64,000 nucleotides of DNA from a bacterium (GTDB lineage Bacteria > Zhuqueibacterota > Zhuqueibacteria > Residuimicrobiales > Krinioviventaceae): contig CAXXMD010000002.1 in the NCBI GenBank assembly GCA_963675755.2, forward strand, positions 1,088,001 through 1,152,000, in the 5' to 3' direction. How positions within the stretch are numbered: position 1 is the first letter of the stretch; the number at the start of each line of letters is the position of its first letter. This document shows, piece after piece, positions 21,349 to 31,757 of the stretch. A program made the translations under genes and the position numbers. The notes beneath the pieces were generated by a model, which was not told the DNA's origin, did not search any database, and worked only from the letters and a program-made list of their open reading frames with translations.

Positions 21349-22221
21349 ATGGAATATTTGATCAAAGTTGAAAACTTGAAGAAAAAGTATCATGTAAAAT
21401 ATGCAGTAAATGATATTTCTTTCAATGTTGAAAAAGGTAGTATTGTTGGTATTTTTGGAAAAAATGGTGCAGGCAAAACTACATTGATAAAAAACCTGCT
21501 GGGATTAACAACTCCAACGTCAGGAGCAGTTAATGTGTTGGGAGTTGATCCCCAAAAGAAACGTATTTGGTTAAGAGAAAATATTGGTTATGTACCTGAA
21601 CAAATTTTCTTTCATAAAAACATGAAAACAAAATCTATTATCTCCCTCGCTTCTTCCATGTATCCCAATTGGGATAAGGAATATGAGGAAAAACTGGTTG
21701 ATCTTTTTGAACTGGATATTGAAAAAAAAGTTGGAGATTTTTCAATGGGAATGGTTAGGCAATTATCCATAATACTTGCCTTTGCGCACAAACCTAAACT
21801 CGTATTTCTGGATGAACCAACCGCCAATCTGGACCCGGTTGCAAGTTCAATCGTTCATTCACAAATCAGATATTTGGCAAAAGAATTCTCTACTGCTTTT
21901 TTTATTGCAACTCATTTGATACCCAGTATTCAAGATGTAATCAACATTTTTTTCTTTATTGATAAAGGTAAAATTATTTTAAATGATTCAATACACAACG
22001 TTACTGAAAATTACGCCAAGATATTTGTAGATAATCATTCAGAAAAGACAAACAGATTCGATGATTACACATTAAAAATAAACAATCAATCGAACAAAAA
22101 TTATGTTATTACCAATAATCTGACAAACTGGAACCAGGCTTATAATACATATGATAAATATAAAATTGAAAAATTGGATTTATTGAATTTATTTCTGGAC
22201 GCTGTTCAGGTTACGAGATAA
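21349..22221 (+). CDS. ABC transporter ATP-binding protein (ABC-2/YtrB-like)
   Basis: Walker A GKNGAGKTT, signature FSMGM, Walker B LVFLDEPT, and H-loop ATH. The ATG at 21349 is preferred over the TTG at 21316. Confidence 0.9.
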   Translation: MEYLIKVENLKKKYHVKYAVNDISFNVEKGSIVGIFGKNGAGKTTLIKNLLGLTTPTSGAVNVLGVDPQKKRIWLRENIGYVPEQIFFHKNMKTKSIISLASSMYPNWDKEYEEKLVDLFELDIEKKVGDFSMGMVRQLSIILAFAHKPKLVFLDEPTANLDPVASSIVHSQIRYLAKEFSTAFFIATHLIPSIQDVINIFFFIDKGKIILNDSIHNVTENYAKIFVDNHSEKTNRFDDYTLKINNQSNKNYVITNNLTNWNQAYNTYDKYKIEKLDLLNLFLDAVQVTR

Positions 22222-22227
22222 GGGGAT

Positions 22228-22665
22228 ATGATGAAAAAATTTATAAATTTAACACTTTATAATTTACAATATTTATACAGGTTACCGACATATTATACCG
22301 TAATCATAGGGTATTTTGGTTTATTCCTAATGATTGATATATTTATCCATCCTTTAGATCCAATCAATGGAATGCAATCTATCCTGGCATTTGTAACAAT
22401 TTATTTTATTCTATTAAAAGACAACGCTTCAAATGAAGTATTTTGGTTAACTTTGTTACCTACTTCATTATTTTTGATTAATTTATCTAAATTTTTAGCC
22501 GGATACATATCAATTTTAATAATTACTTTGTTAATAATTGTTAGCGATCATTTTGTTGTAAATTATTCAATTAATAATTGGGATTTAATTTTATCCACAC
22601 TCGTAACTTATTGTATGGCTTTTGGTATATATAGTGTTTGGTTTTTATTAAAGGGGAAAAAATAA
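22228..22665 (+). CDS. Small membrane protein, probable (possibly truncated) ABC permease
   Basis: About four hydrophobic segments with LTLLPTS...SKFL, resembling ABC-2 permease loops; directly after the ATPase, with an AAGGGG RBS. Confidence 0.55.
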   Translation: MMKKFINLTLYNLQYLYRLPTYYTVIIGYFGLFLMIDIFIHPLDPINGMQSILAFVTIYFILLKDNASNEVFWLTLLPTSLFLINLSKFLAGYISILIITLLIIVSDHFVVNYSINNWDLILSTLVTYCMAFGIYSVWFLLKGKK

Positions 22666-22737
22666 AAATTGAACTCAAAATATTATGCATACAAATGACA
22701 GTTAACCGTATCTAATTGTTGTTATAATTTGTAATAA

Positions 22738-23694
22738 TTATTTTACAGCAGCAGACACTACAAATTCAACAATCTCGATAATGAGGTCTTTAGAAACGGG
22801 CGCATCCGGAGTTCCATTGGAAGCCAACTGGTCAAATAGAGTCCCGGATATAATTTTGAGATGATGGTCCATTCCCTCAATTATTTTCAGCTTGACCTTG
22901 CTGTTTGATTTGAACAGCGCTTCCCCATTATCTGTATATACCTGAAGGTCCCTTGTGCCTTGCAGTATGAGAACCGGGATCTTAAGCTTTGCAAGTTCAA
23001 AGGCAGGATCGTATTTGAACCATGATATCATATAGGGTTGTACACTTTGACGGAACAAAGTTTTCAATCCCGGCGGTATTGAATCTATTTGAGTACCATG
23101 ATTCAACTGGTCAATAATGCTTTCAGCATCAATATACAGGTTTTGGGGCAACTGTGATTTCAATTGCGTCAAAAGAATATCAGACACAGGAACGCCGGGT
23201 CCCGCAATAGATATAAAAGCATCTGCCTCAAATTCCTGACATGCAATCATGCCAATCAAAGAACCTTCACTGTGTCCAATAACTGACAGGCTGGAAAAAC
23301 GGCTATCGGATTGGAGCTTCATTATCCATTGGACTGCATCATCAATATAGGTTTCAAATCGCAGGTCTTGTTCTTTGGTCATTGATTTTGCGCTTGCCCC
23401 AATGCCACGTTTGTCATAACGAACCGAAGCTATACCATTAACAGCAAGAGATTCAGCAAGCAGTTTTAAGCTATTGTTCTTGCCCTTTGCAATGGGATTG
23501 TTACCGTCACGATCTGTAGGTCCGGATCCTGCAATGATCAATACAACAGGACAAGGAGTTTGTTCGGAGGGCAGCTCCAGGGTCCCAAACAGTTCTCCCC
23601 CGTTAACATTAATTTCAATATTCTCACCTGCAATAGACAACATGGCCGATAAAAGAATAGCTAACAAGATATATATTAAAATATTTTTTTTCAT
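22738..23694 (-). CDS. Secreted alpha/beta hydrolase
   Basis: IAGSGPTDRDGN, RYDKRG, GHSEG nucleophile elbow, QGTRDLQV, MDHHLK. Confidence 0.9.
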   Translation of the reverse strand: MKKNILIYILLAILLSAMLSIAGENIEINVNGGELFGTLELPSEQTPCPVVLIIAGSGPTDRDGNNPIAKGKNNSLKLLAESLAVNGIASVRYDKRGIGASAKSMTKEQDLRFETYIDDAVQWIMKLQSDSRFSSLSVIGHSEGSLIGMIACQEFEADAFISIAGPGVPVSDILLTQLKSQLPQNLYIDAESIIDQLNHGTQIDSIPPGLKTLFRQSVQPYMISWFKYDPAFELAKLKIPVLILQGTRDLQVYTDNGEALFKSNSKVKLKIIEGMDHHLKIISGTLFDQLASNGTPDAPVSKDLIIEIVEFVVSAAVK

Positions 23695-24012
23695 TTGATT
23701 TTTCTCCCCTTTGCTCTATTGGGCTCGTATGAAAATATAGTAAAAATATATCTGATTATCAGTATAAAAAGTAAAATCAAAACCATTAAATACATATCGA
23801 ATAATTGATGTATCTTGCGGTATTTTCAAGCCAGTTTACAGGTTTTGACCAGTTTGATCTTGACAATGACATAAATATTCCGCTTTATATGTTATAGACT
23901 CTAACAATATTTTTTTACTTTCAAGAAACAGAGTAAAAACATATTCTTTATCAATAATCGTTCCGAATATTAAAAGAAAAAGAAAAATACAATACAACAA
24001 AAGGAGAATTAA

Positions 24013-26199
<2,187 letters not shown>

Positions 26200-26219
26200 G
26201 CATAAATAGTATTCATTTC

Positions 26220-26257
26220 AAAGCCGTTGAAACAATGTATTTCAACGGCTTTTTTTT
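26220..26257 (+). terminator. Intrinsic terminator of katG (possibly bidirectional)
   Basis: AAAGCCGTTGAAA...TTTCAACGGCTTT followed by a T run, between convergent genes. Confidence 0.9.
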
Positions 26258-26301
26258 ATTGAAAGAAAATAATTTTTCCATCTCTTTAATTAACCTTGTT
26301 A

Positions 26302-26931
26302 TTACAATTCCATCCCAAATAGTAATTCAATCCTTGATAATTTCCAGGGCTCTCTCATACCTTCTTTTGGCAAAAAGGTATTATCATTGATTCCTTTCAA
26401 GAACCTTAAATCCAATCTGTAATTATTGTGTAAAACATCAAATTCTTTTCCCAACCCTATACAGAAGAAATTATCATTCTTGCGCATTTTGGATGTTATA
26501 TTTCCTTTCGCTTTATATTCCGTCTCTGGAAAAAGACTAGCATATTCCATTCCGACAAGATTATAAATCGCTTGTATACCCAATTGTAGATCGAGTTTCT
26601 GTATCAAGTTCATTTTGAATAAAATGGGTAAAGAAAGATATTGTTTAGTATATGTACTTTGAACATACATTTCATCGGTTGAATAATAAACATACTCATT
26701 TCGAGAATAATTATATGCAAGTTCAAGGGTTAAGGAAAAGAGTGATGCAATATGTTTCTCACCAAACATACCCATAATAAAACCTGGTAGATAATGATAT
26801 TCTTTGGGTTCAAAATTTTTGTAATCCATTTTTTCAACATTCGTCCCTACTACAATTCCATATTTTGGGAATGCAAAACTATTATTTGTAAATATTAAAA
26901 TAAAAATAAATAGTAATAGATACTTTTTCAA
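26302..26931 (-). CDS. Outer-membrane beta-barrel protein (PorT/porin-like)
   Basis: Signal peptide, KYGIVVGTN, YLSLPILFK, LDLRF, and an alternating C-terminal strand IELLFGMEL; GGAG RBS before TTG. Confidence 0.7.
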   Translation of the reverse strand: MKKYLLLFIFILIFTNNSFAFPKYGIVVGTNVEKMDYKNFEPKEYHYLPGFIMGMFGEKHIASLFSLTLELAYNYSRNEYVYYSTDEMYVQSTYTKQYLSLPILFKMNLIQKLDLQLGIQAIYNLVGMEYASLFPETEYKAKGNITSKMRKNDNFFCIGLGKEFDVLHNNYRLDLRFLKGINDNTFLPKEGMREPWKLSRIELLFGMEL

Positions 26932-27184
26932 AATTAACTCCTAATTATTAAACTGATGCCTTCCTTTTGGCTGCCAGAAATACGTCAAAAATCCTTAAAT
27001 AACTGTTTTTATCGAACACTAGTTTTTGATTTTCAAATAAACTATGCAGTTTCACCCCATTTGAATACTAACTATTTGACCACTGTCATTTTGTGGTCAA
27101 AACATTCTCAAAAAGTAACAAATATATTGTAGTTCTCTATAGATACTAAAGGCTTTGAAACCTGTTTTCCAGGGCTTTTGTAAA

Positions 27185-28852
27185 TTACTTTAAATAAGAT
27201 GCCTTTAATATCTGAACATTATTTGGGGTTTGAATCCTGATAAAGTATAATCCGGATGCCACGGTATTGCCATAGACATCTTTGCCATCCCATATCACCT
27301 TATGAGAACCAGACTGCCTTTTGCTGTTCACCAGAGTTCTAACTTTTTTACCCAGGATATCATAAATATCAATCGTTACAAATTCATTAAATTTGACATT
27401 ATATGATATTGTAGCCGAACCATTGAATGGATTCGGGAACAAGCCAATTGGGAGTTCATGGGATTTTACATCCTTATCTTTAGTAATTCCAGTTACAATC
27501 TGTCCGTTTTCCAAATCCAATTCGGCAAGATGTATACCTTCATGAAATTCAATAAATAAAAAGCCTTTATCAGATTCATCAGATACTTTTATAATTGAGG
27601 TGCTTCCATTTAATATTTCAGAAGTATTACAGATCATAATCCCTTCATTACCCCATGGTAAACTGCCGTCTACTGCCAAATTCTGTAAAAACAAAATACT
27701 GTTATTATCTTCTGATGCATAATACAAAATAAAAAATCCATATTGATTTGAATATGCTACAGATATTGGACGAAGAACATATGAATCGTTTTTTATTAAT
27801 CTTAGAGGAATAGTGTTTTCAAATGATCCATCCTGTTCAAGTATTATATAATACTGTGATGAAAACAAAAAATACTTGTTATTCTCCGTTTCGGAAACCA
27901 ATAACCTGGAAAAAGCAGAATCCGGCCATGTATAGCTTATTCCATCTTCTCCCCATAACACTTCTCCATCATTATTAAACTTTTGAGCAACTACAGTTTT
28001 TGTATTATCCATTAGCCCAATTAATATATTTTTATTATTTGCAAAATTGAAAAAATATTGATTTATTATATTATTCAAACCGGTATTAACCCAGGGAAGC
28101 GGTAACAAAAATTCTCCGTTTGAATCAATTTTTTGTAAAAAATTGTTGGAACCAATTAAAAAACAACCAGAATCCGGTTTTGCGGCTATACGTCCTACAC
28201 CAACAGTATCACATTTAGAAACAATAATTCCCGGGTTTAAAAATAACAGATTTCCCGAGTTATCAATATGTTGTAGATATCTTGTTCCCCATGGACAAGT
28301 GGATTCTCCTCCATATAGTGCATAGACACCGCCGTTTCCATCTGTTATCATATCTTTGGGATACTCTGTGGTAACAGTTTCATTCGCTAGAACGGGTATG
28401 CCCTTATCTCCAAATAATAAATTACCATCTGTATCTATGTGTTGTAGATATACATCATAATCATACCACCATGCACCACCTTGTTCAATAAAGGTTGAAT
28501 ATGCATATAGTATAAAAACGCCACCATTTTCGTCACTCGTCAATTTTGGAGCAAAACCTGCATCTCCGTATTCCATTCCAGGTGAAACATTTAAACCTTC
28601 ATCCGGGCTTCCCCAAAGTATTTCACCCTCAGGATTTACTTTTTGAATTACAAGGTTGATAGATCCTAATAGTTGGCTAATAATAAACATATTACCTAAG
28701 GTATCAATGGTTACTGCACTTTGAGGTTTATCTACTGAATAGTCACTCCATTGACTTCTTGGTAAAATTTTTACGAACAAATTTTCATTTTGTGGTATTA
28801 ATACATTTGAATAAACTAAAAGTAGTAAAAATATTTGTAAACTTTTTTTCAT
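27185..28852 (-). CDS. Secreted repeat protein with FlgD-Ig/T9SS-like CTD
   Basis: Probable ATG at 28852; six Q(H/K)xxxxGxxL(W/F)G-like repeats; FPNPFN...IYDILGKKVRTL...WDGKD...ASGLYF. Confidence 0.75.
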   Translation of the reverse strand: MKKSLQIFLLLLVYSNVLIPQNENLFVKILPRSQWSDYSVDKPQSAVTIDTLGNMFIISQLLGSINLVIQKVNPEGEILWGSPDEGLNVSPGMEYGDAGFAPKLTSDENGGVFILYAYSTFIEQGGAWWYDYDVYLQHIDTDGNLLFGDKGIPVLANETVTTEYPKDMITDGNGGVYALYGGESTCPWGTRYLQHIDNSGNLLFLNPGIIVSKCDTVGVGRIAAKPDSGCFLIGSNNFLQKIDSNGEFLLPLPWVNTGLNNIINQYFFNFANNKNILIGLMDNTKTVVAQKFNNDGEVLWGEDGISYTWPDSAFSRLLVSETENNKYFLFSSQYYIILEQDGSFENTIPLRLIKNDSYVLRPISVAYSNQYGFFILYYASEDNNSILFLQNLAVDGSLPWGNEGIMICNTSEILNGSTSIIKVSDESDKGFLFIEFHEGIHLAELDLENGQIVTGITKDKDVKSHELPIGLFPNPFNGSATISYNVKFNEFVTIDIYDILGKKVRTLVNSKRQSGSHKVIWDGKDVYGNTVASGLYFIRIQTPNNVQILKASYLK

Positions 28853-29130
28853 GATTATGAATCCCCTTAAAATAGTTCCCAACTATTATTTTTTAATTTA
28901 CCAATCCTTTTCACAATATCAAGGAAAAATACATTTTTATAAAAAAAGATACTATTTTACCTGAAATTTGATTAATATTTCTAAAAGTACCGGCTATAAA
29001 AACCATAACAGGGTATAGTATATGTTTATACTAATCTTCCAAATGACTAAAGGCCATTCAAAAAATTTTTAAATAATTATGATAATAATATTGATTAGAA
29101 AATTAGAATTGGGGAAAAGTGCAGTATTGA

Positions 29131-29163
29131 AATAAAAACGCCGCGGGACATCACCCCCGCGGC
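29131..29163 (-). terminator. Intrinsic terminator downstream of tRNA-Ala
   Basis: GCCGCGGG/CCCGCGGC stem followed on the minus strand by GTTTTTATTT. Confidence 0.8.
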
Positions 29164-29197
29164 ACTAACATAAAGGAGAACATCATGAAATGGAACG

Positions 29198-29270
29198 TGG
29201 AGCTAGGGAGGATCGAACTCCCGACCTTTTGACTGCCAGTCAAACGCTCTCCCAGCTGAGCTATAGCCCC
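29198..29270 (-). tRNA. tRNA-Ala (anticodon GGC), CCA not encoded
   Basis: Reverse complement reads GGGGCTATAGCTCAGCTGGGAGAGCGTTTGACTGGCAGTCAAAAGGTCGGGAGTTCGATCCTCCCTAGCTCCA: cloverleaf, G3:U70 pair, anticodon loop CT-GGC-AG. Confidence 0.97.
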
Positions 29271-29287
29271 AGAATTTCATGAACAAT

Positions 29288-29316
29288 ATAATACTGAATT
29301 TTCTAAAAAATGTCAA
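29288..29316 (-). promoter_or_regulatory. Sigma70 promoter of tRNA-Ala
   Basis: Minus-strand TTGACA-17 nt-TATTAT, ending 17 nt before the tRNA. Confidence 0.8.
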
Positions 29317-29341
29317 GGTTTTATTTTTACATTACTTTACA

Positions 29342-30520
29342 TTAACTCACTTTTAATTGGGATTTTGCATACTGCAATGCATCGTTTATCTTTGCAGAAT
29401 CCGGGCCGCCGCCTTGAACAAAATCTGCCGGGCCTCCCCCCTTGCCGTTGATCATGGCAATGGATTCACGAAAAACCGGACGCAGATCCAGATCTTTACG
29501 GCTGGTAGCAAACACAAGAGCAGGATTCTCACCGGTTGTTCCCAACAACAACATACCCTGAGCTTGTTTGATCACTGCACTGGCTATGCGTCTCAATACA
29601 TCAATTCTTACATCCGGGTAAATATAATCCACCAGGGATTGATTATTCAATTTATCACATAATTCTTGAATAACCGATTCTTCTTTTTCCTTGTCAATCT
29701 GTTGAATGCGTTTAAAATAGAGTTTATTCTCGTCTGTAATTTTTTCAATCTTGGCAGGTATATCTGCAAATCCGGTTGTTAACAGTTTGCCGCTTTCAGC
29801 GAGAATGGTATGATATTCCTGAAACAGCCTTACCGCCCTTCCGCCTGCGGCAAAGGTAAAGCGAAAGGTACCTCTCACCCGCTCTCTGCTCATCAACTTG
29901 ATAACGCCAACCTCTCCGGTGGTTTTTACATGCGTCCCCCCACAGGGGTCCAGATCAAAGTCATCTATTTCAACCAGACGTACATTTTCATGCATACCCG
30001 GGACTTTGCGTAAATCCGGATTATCCAGATCTTTTTCTGTAGCAATAAACGCTTTAACAGATCGATTCTGCCAAATAATCTGGTTAGCTAACAATTCTAC
30101 TGCATTGATTTGCTCATCGGTAATGTCTTGCGCATCGGTTTCGATTGTAGAAAAATCCTCACCCAAATGCGATGCAAGCGTCTCAACACCCAACTGGTGT
30201 TTAAAGCTGCCGGCAAGAATATGGAATCCTGTGTGCTGCTGCATAAAATCAAATCGTCTCGACCAGTCGAGAACACCTGTAACCGTTCCCTCGGATTTCC
30301 CCGAGTCCAGAATATGCCAGATCGTATCATCCTGTATAATTACATCAGAGACTGTCAATTCACCCAACTTGCCCGTATCATGCATTTGTCCACCGGAAGT
30401 AGGATAAAACAGGGTTTTGTCCAGTTGTACCGCGTTTTTCCCCTCAATCTCTTTAACATCCAAAACCTGTGCTTGAAATTCAGTTTGATAGCTGTCATTG
30501 TAATAGAGTTGTTCAGTCAC
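29342..30520 (-). CDS. Alanyl-tRNA editing protein (AlaX-L type with C-terminal DHHA1)
   Basis: Probable GTG start at 30520 (VTEQLYYNDSY); FYPTSGGQMHD, zinc motifs HTGFH and CGGTH, C-terminal GKGGG...QGGG; no aminoacylation domain. Confidence 0.9.
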   Translation of the reverse strand: MTEQLYYNDSYQTEFQAQVLDVKEIEGKNAVQLDKTLFYPTSGGQMHDTGKLGELTVSDVIIQDDTIWHILDSGKSEGTVTGVLDWSRRFDFMQQHTGFHILAGSFKHQLGVETLASHLGEDFSTIETDAQDITDEQINAVELLANQIIWQNRSVKAFIATEKDLDNPDLRKVPGMHENVRLVEIDDFDLDPCGGTHVKTTGEVGVIKLMSRERVRGTFRFTFAAGGRAVRLFQEYHTILAESGKLLTTGFADIPAKIEKITDENKLYFKRIQQIDKEKEESVIQELCDKLNNQSLVDYIYPDVRIDVLRRIASAVIKQAQGMLLLGTTGENPALVFATSRKDLDLRPVFRESIAMINGKGGGPADFVQGGGPDSAKINDALQYAKSQLKVS

Positions 30521-31745
30521 GGTCGGTTCCTTTCTCTTTTTTGCCAAGCAATCTCTGCCTGCGGTGTTCCAACTCCGGGGTGCATTCATGTATCAATCCA
30601 CGTAATTCTTCCAGTACGCGTACACGTTCCATGGCGCGCTCAACAATCTCCAGCGCTTTGATATAATCCTTTACCTGATGCTCATAATATTTGGCCAATT
30701 CAATATAGGCAAAGGGTAAAAATCGGGATGAGCGATCAATAATCTCTAGCCACAGGGTTTCTGTTTTATCGAAATTTTTTAACCGTTTCAAAAGATAGGA
30801 CTGCTTGATCAGTATATCAATCGCATTATTTACTTGAGGCAAAGTATTTTGTTCGCAAATGGATATAGCAAGATCATACAGTTCCAGATCTTCAAACGTT
30901 CGCACAACTCCCAATATATCATAACTGTCCACAGCCGTGGGGGTCTTAAACGCTTTTGAAATAGCAACGGTAATAGTCACCATGGAGAGTATGTCCATCA
31001 CATTATGCTTGAACACGGGAATGAGCGGCTCGTATTCTCCCTGCCGCAGATAATCAAAATAAATCATGGGGATCTCGTATCCCGGTACATCACCGTGGCG
31101 TTTGAAACCCAGCAAGTGCTGCTCAAGATTTTGCAATGTACAGGGGACCACCCGGTCTTTCCACAATCTCCGGGATGTGTGAAGAATATCCAGATGCAGA
31201 TGGTTTTCCCAGGGCACAGGCAGGCGGTTTAAAATATAACGGGTAGTGAGGGTGGGCAAATCGTACGATTTACCATTAAAACTGATAATTGCATTTCTAT
31301 CCTGAAACAATTGAGCAAGACCTTGTAGCATGGCAGGCTCTTCGTGATAATCACGCATAAAATATTGCTGCACCACATATTCATTATTGTCAAAAAATCC
31401 CGCGCCAATCATAAAGGGATAGGTGCCGGTCCCTCCTGCGAGTCCAGTGGTTTCGGTATCTAAGAATATAATATTTTCCGGGGACATATCCCGCAAGTCA
31501 TGGGTTTTGCCGGCATAAATGAAATCCATTGATTCAAGCTTTAGAAAATCTCCCAAAGCGCTGCCGTGCATAAAATCCAACGGATAGCGTTTCTCTCGCA
31601 GAACAAATTCGCCCAATTCATTTTGAATAATGCTCGCACCCAACTCGGCAACAAGAGCATCCTTTTTCTCTGAACGGTCCGGCAACGGCGGTGTGGCTGA
31701 CACCGATTTCTGAATACCGCGTAATTTATCCTTGATCGAAACCAC
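30513..31745 (-). CDS. RNase H-like DEDD exonuclease with TPR tail (YprB/MrfB-like)
   Basis: FLDTETTGLAGGTGT, SFNGKSYD, HLDILH, HNVMDILS, ELAKYYEH; adjacent to a DUF1998 helicase. Confidence 0.88.
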   Translation of the reverse strand: MVSIKDKLRGIQKSVSATPPLPDRSEKKDALVAELGASIIQNELGEFVLREKRYPLDFMHGSALGDFLKLESMDFIYAGKTHDLRDMSPENIIFLDTETTGLAGGTGTYPFMIGAGFFDNNEYVVQQYFMRDYHEEPAMLQGLAQLFQDRNAIISFNGKSYDLPTLTTRYILNRLPVPWENHLHLDILHTSRRLWKDRVVPCTLQNLEQHLLGFKRHGDVPGYEIPMIYFDYLRQGEYEPLIPVFKHNVMDILSMVTITVAISKAFKTPTAVDSYDILGVVRTFEDLELYDLAISICEQNTLPQVNNAIDILIKQSYLLKRLKNFDKTETLWLEIIDRSSRFLPFAYIELAKYYEHQVKDYIKALEIVERAMERVRVLEELRGLIHECTPELEHRRQRLLGKKEKGTDRD

Positions 31746-31757
31746 GTGTTCTGCCGC

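Noticed and set aside
18261-22737. Possible integron attC-like ends (GTTGTAAGC at about 18263; GTTAACC at about 22700)
   Set aside because: There are no matching inverse core sites or paired arms, and no integron integrase.
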